NCBI GenBank assembly: GCA_964471165.1
Contig: CAYYEX010000002.1
Location: 60,965 to 124,964, forward strand
Source: an uncultured Candidatus Saccharibacteria bacterium
GTDB lineage: Bacteria > Patescibacteriota > Minisyncoccia > Phycocordibacterales > UBA2100
Direction: 5' to 3'
Length of the DNA: 64,000 nucleotides
Shown: positions 63,343 to 64,000 of the stretch, piece by piece
Numbering within the stretch: the first letter of the stretch is position 1
Layout: each line of letters opens with the position of its first letter
Translations under genes and position numbers: made by a program
The notes under the pieces: model-generated
What the model saw: only the letters and a program-made list of their open reading frames with translations
Told to the model about the DNA's origin: nothing
The model's database searches: none

Positions 63343-63449
63343 TCAGGATTCGAACGCCGCAGCGGGGTCCCGTGCAGCAGCACGGGTCGCGAGGCGGTGC
63401 CCAGACAAATCTGAGCGGCGGCGAGGATTTAGTCGAGGGAGAATCCTGG
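63343..63449 (+). ncRNA. tRNA-linked structured element, copy 4 (more diverged)
   Basis: 5' CAGGATTCGAAC = reverse complement (12/13) of the tRNA-Lys T-arm; hairpin CCCGTGC-AGCA-GCACGGG equivalent to the CCCCGTC-AGCA-GACGGGG of copies 1-3; 3' end GAATCCTGG repeats the tRNA-Lys T-arm 3' half. Confidence 0.5.
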
Positions 63450-63452
63450 TTC

Positions 63453-63845
63453 TTACAACCGCCACGAGCCACCAACTTTGCGGGGGGTCTTCGCGGCTGC
63501 AGCTTTTGAGCGATGGTTCCATTTATCCATCACCACCGTGTACACCGCAAAAAACGTCCACGCAGGGAGCACGTCGAGTATCGGCATGAACTCTATAACC
63601 GCCCCAAACGTGTACGACGGTGCGCGGCGCTTGAGTATTCCGCCGCCGTGGTGATGGAGCATGATTGCCATACCTATCATCGCCACAAAATTGAGTACGG
63701 GGGCAAGTAAAATCCCAATGACCAAAATTGCCAGAAGCATCTGGATAAAATCAATCATGACGCCCAATGTAATAAGCCCGAAGGCTAATCCTGCCCCGAT
63801 AGGTTTCGAATCGTCCATACGGCTAGAGCGGAAGGTCGAACGCAA
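63453..63845 (-). CDS. hypothetical polytopic membrane protein
   Basis: 130 aa; three hydrophobic helices; HHHGGG patch. Confidence 0.4.
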   Translation of the reverse strand: MRSTFRSSRMDDSKPIGAGLAFGLITLGVMIDFIQMLLAILVIGILLAPVLNFVAMIGMAIMLHHHGGGILKRRAPSYTFGAVIEFMPILDVLPAWTFFAVYTVVMDKWNHRSKAAAAKTPRKVGGSWRL

Positions 63846-64000
63846 AGGCGCCCGGCCCAGTCACTACAAGTGTGAGTGTCATCACGAGCATCATGGCGAC
63901 CGTTGAACGAGGCCACACGCGCAGGCGGGGAACGAGGAGCGAAATAACGAGTAGTATCACTCCTGCGATTGCTGAGGCTTGTGTCCACGCCCCCACAAAC

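Noticed and set aside
1-64000. Searched for rRNA genes, transposases/IS elements and restriction-modification or toxin-antitoxin pairs
   Set aside because: None recognisable in this window; the only recombinase is the Xer-type enzyme and the only repeats are those reported above.

Overview
This 64-kb window is a densely coding bacterial chromosomal region of roughly 55% GC. The sequence supports the following.

**Replication origin.** The origin cluster jag-yidC-rnpA-rpmH (minus strand) | dnaA-dnaN (plus strand) lies at about 40.6-45.5 kb. DnaA boxes (TTATCCACA and variants) and an AT-rich stretch are visible by eye upstream of dnaA and between dnaA and dnaN.

**Housekeeping genes.** Many information-processing genes are present: cca, xth, a xerC/D-type recombinase, rarA, an FKBP-type isomerase, rpsO, pnp, a Pif1-like helicase, comM/yifB, a uvrD-like helicase, ksgA, PBP1A, ruvC, ruvB, yebC, tsaE, polA and uppP.

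**Type-IV-secretion-like cluster.** A ~13-kb cluster at about 27.6-40.6 kb encodes the following.
- Two VirB2/TrbC-like pilin candidates flank it.
- It includes a VirB6/TrbL-like polytopic membrane protein with a C-terminal coiled coil, and a VirB3/PrgI-like protein.
- A VirB4-type ATPase is split by a single in-frame TAA.
- Several secreted or membrane proteins of unknown function complete it.
- No coupling protein or relaxase is present.

**Sulfide module.** A CsoR/CstR-like repressor, a rhodanese and an MBL-fold hydrolase form a putative persulfide/sulfide detoxification operon, with a palindromic operator in front of the repressor.

**tRNA-linked element family (most unusual feature).** All four tRNA genes in the window (Gly-GCC, Pro-CGG, Arg-TCG, Lys-TTT) lack an encoded CCA.
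- Each is followed by a hairpin and then a ~110-130-nt conserved structured element.
- Each element's 5' and 3' ends are, respectively, the reverse complement and a direct copy of the upstream tRNA's T-arm/acceptor 3' strand.
- Its internal hairpins show compensatory base changes between copies.
- One copy abuts the CCA-adding-enzyme gene.
- I do not recognise this as a known RNA family.

**Other observations.**
- Two tandem promoter-to-terminator units resembling sRNA genes at about 51.7-52.5 kb, lying beside a stand-alone DnaA-domain-IV-like protein and DnaA-box-like repeats.
- A motif, TATCTCACGGGGTATACT, recurring upstream of several genes.
- Tandem DnaA-box-like direct repeats upstream of the uvrD-like gene.

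**Genome type.** Together with a pilB-type ATPase and a small proteome, the features above fit a reduced-genome (possibly CPR/Patescibacteria-like) bacterium. That taxonomic inference is weak.

**Not found.** No rRNA genes, CRISPR arrays or transposase genes were seen.
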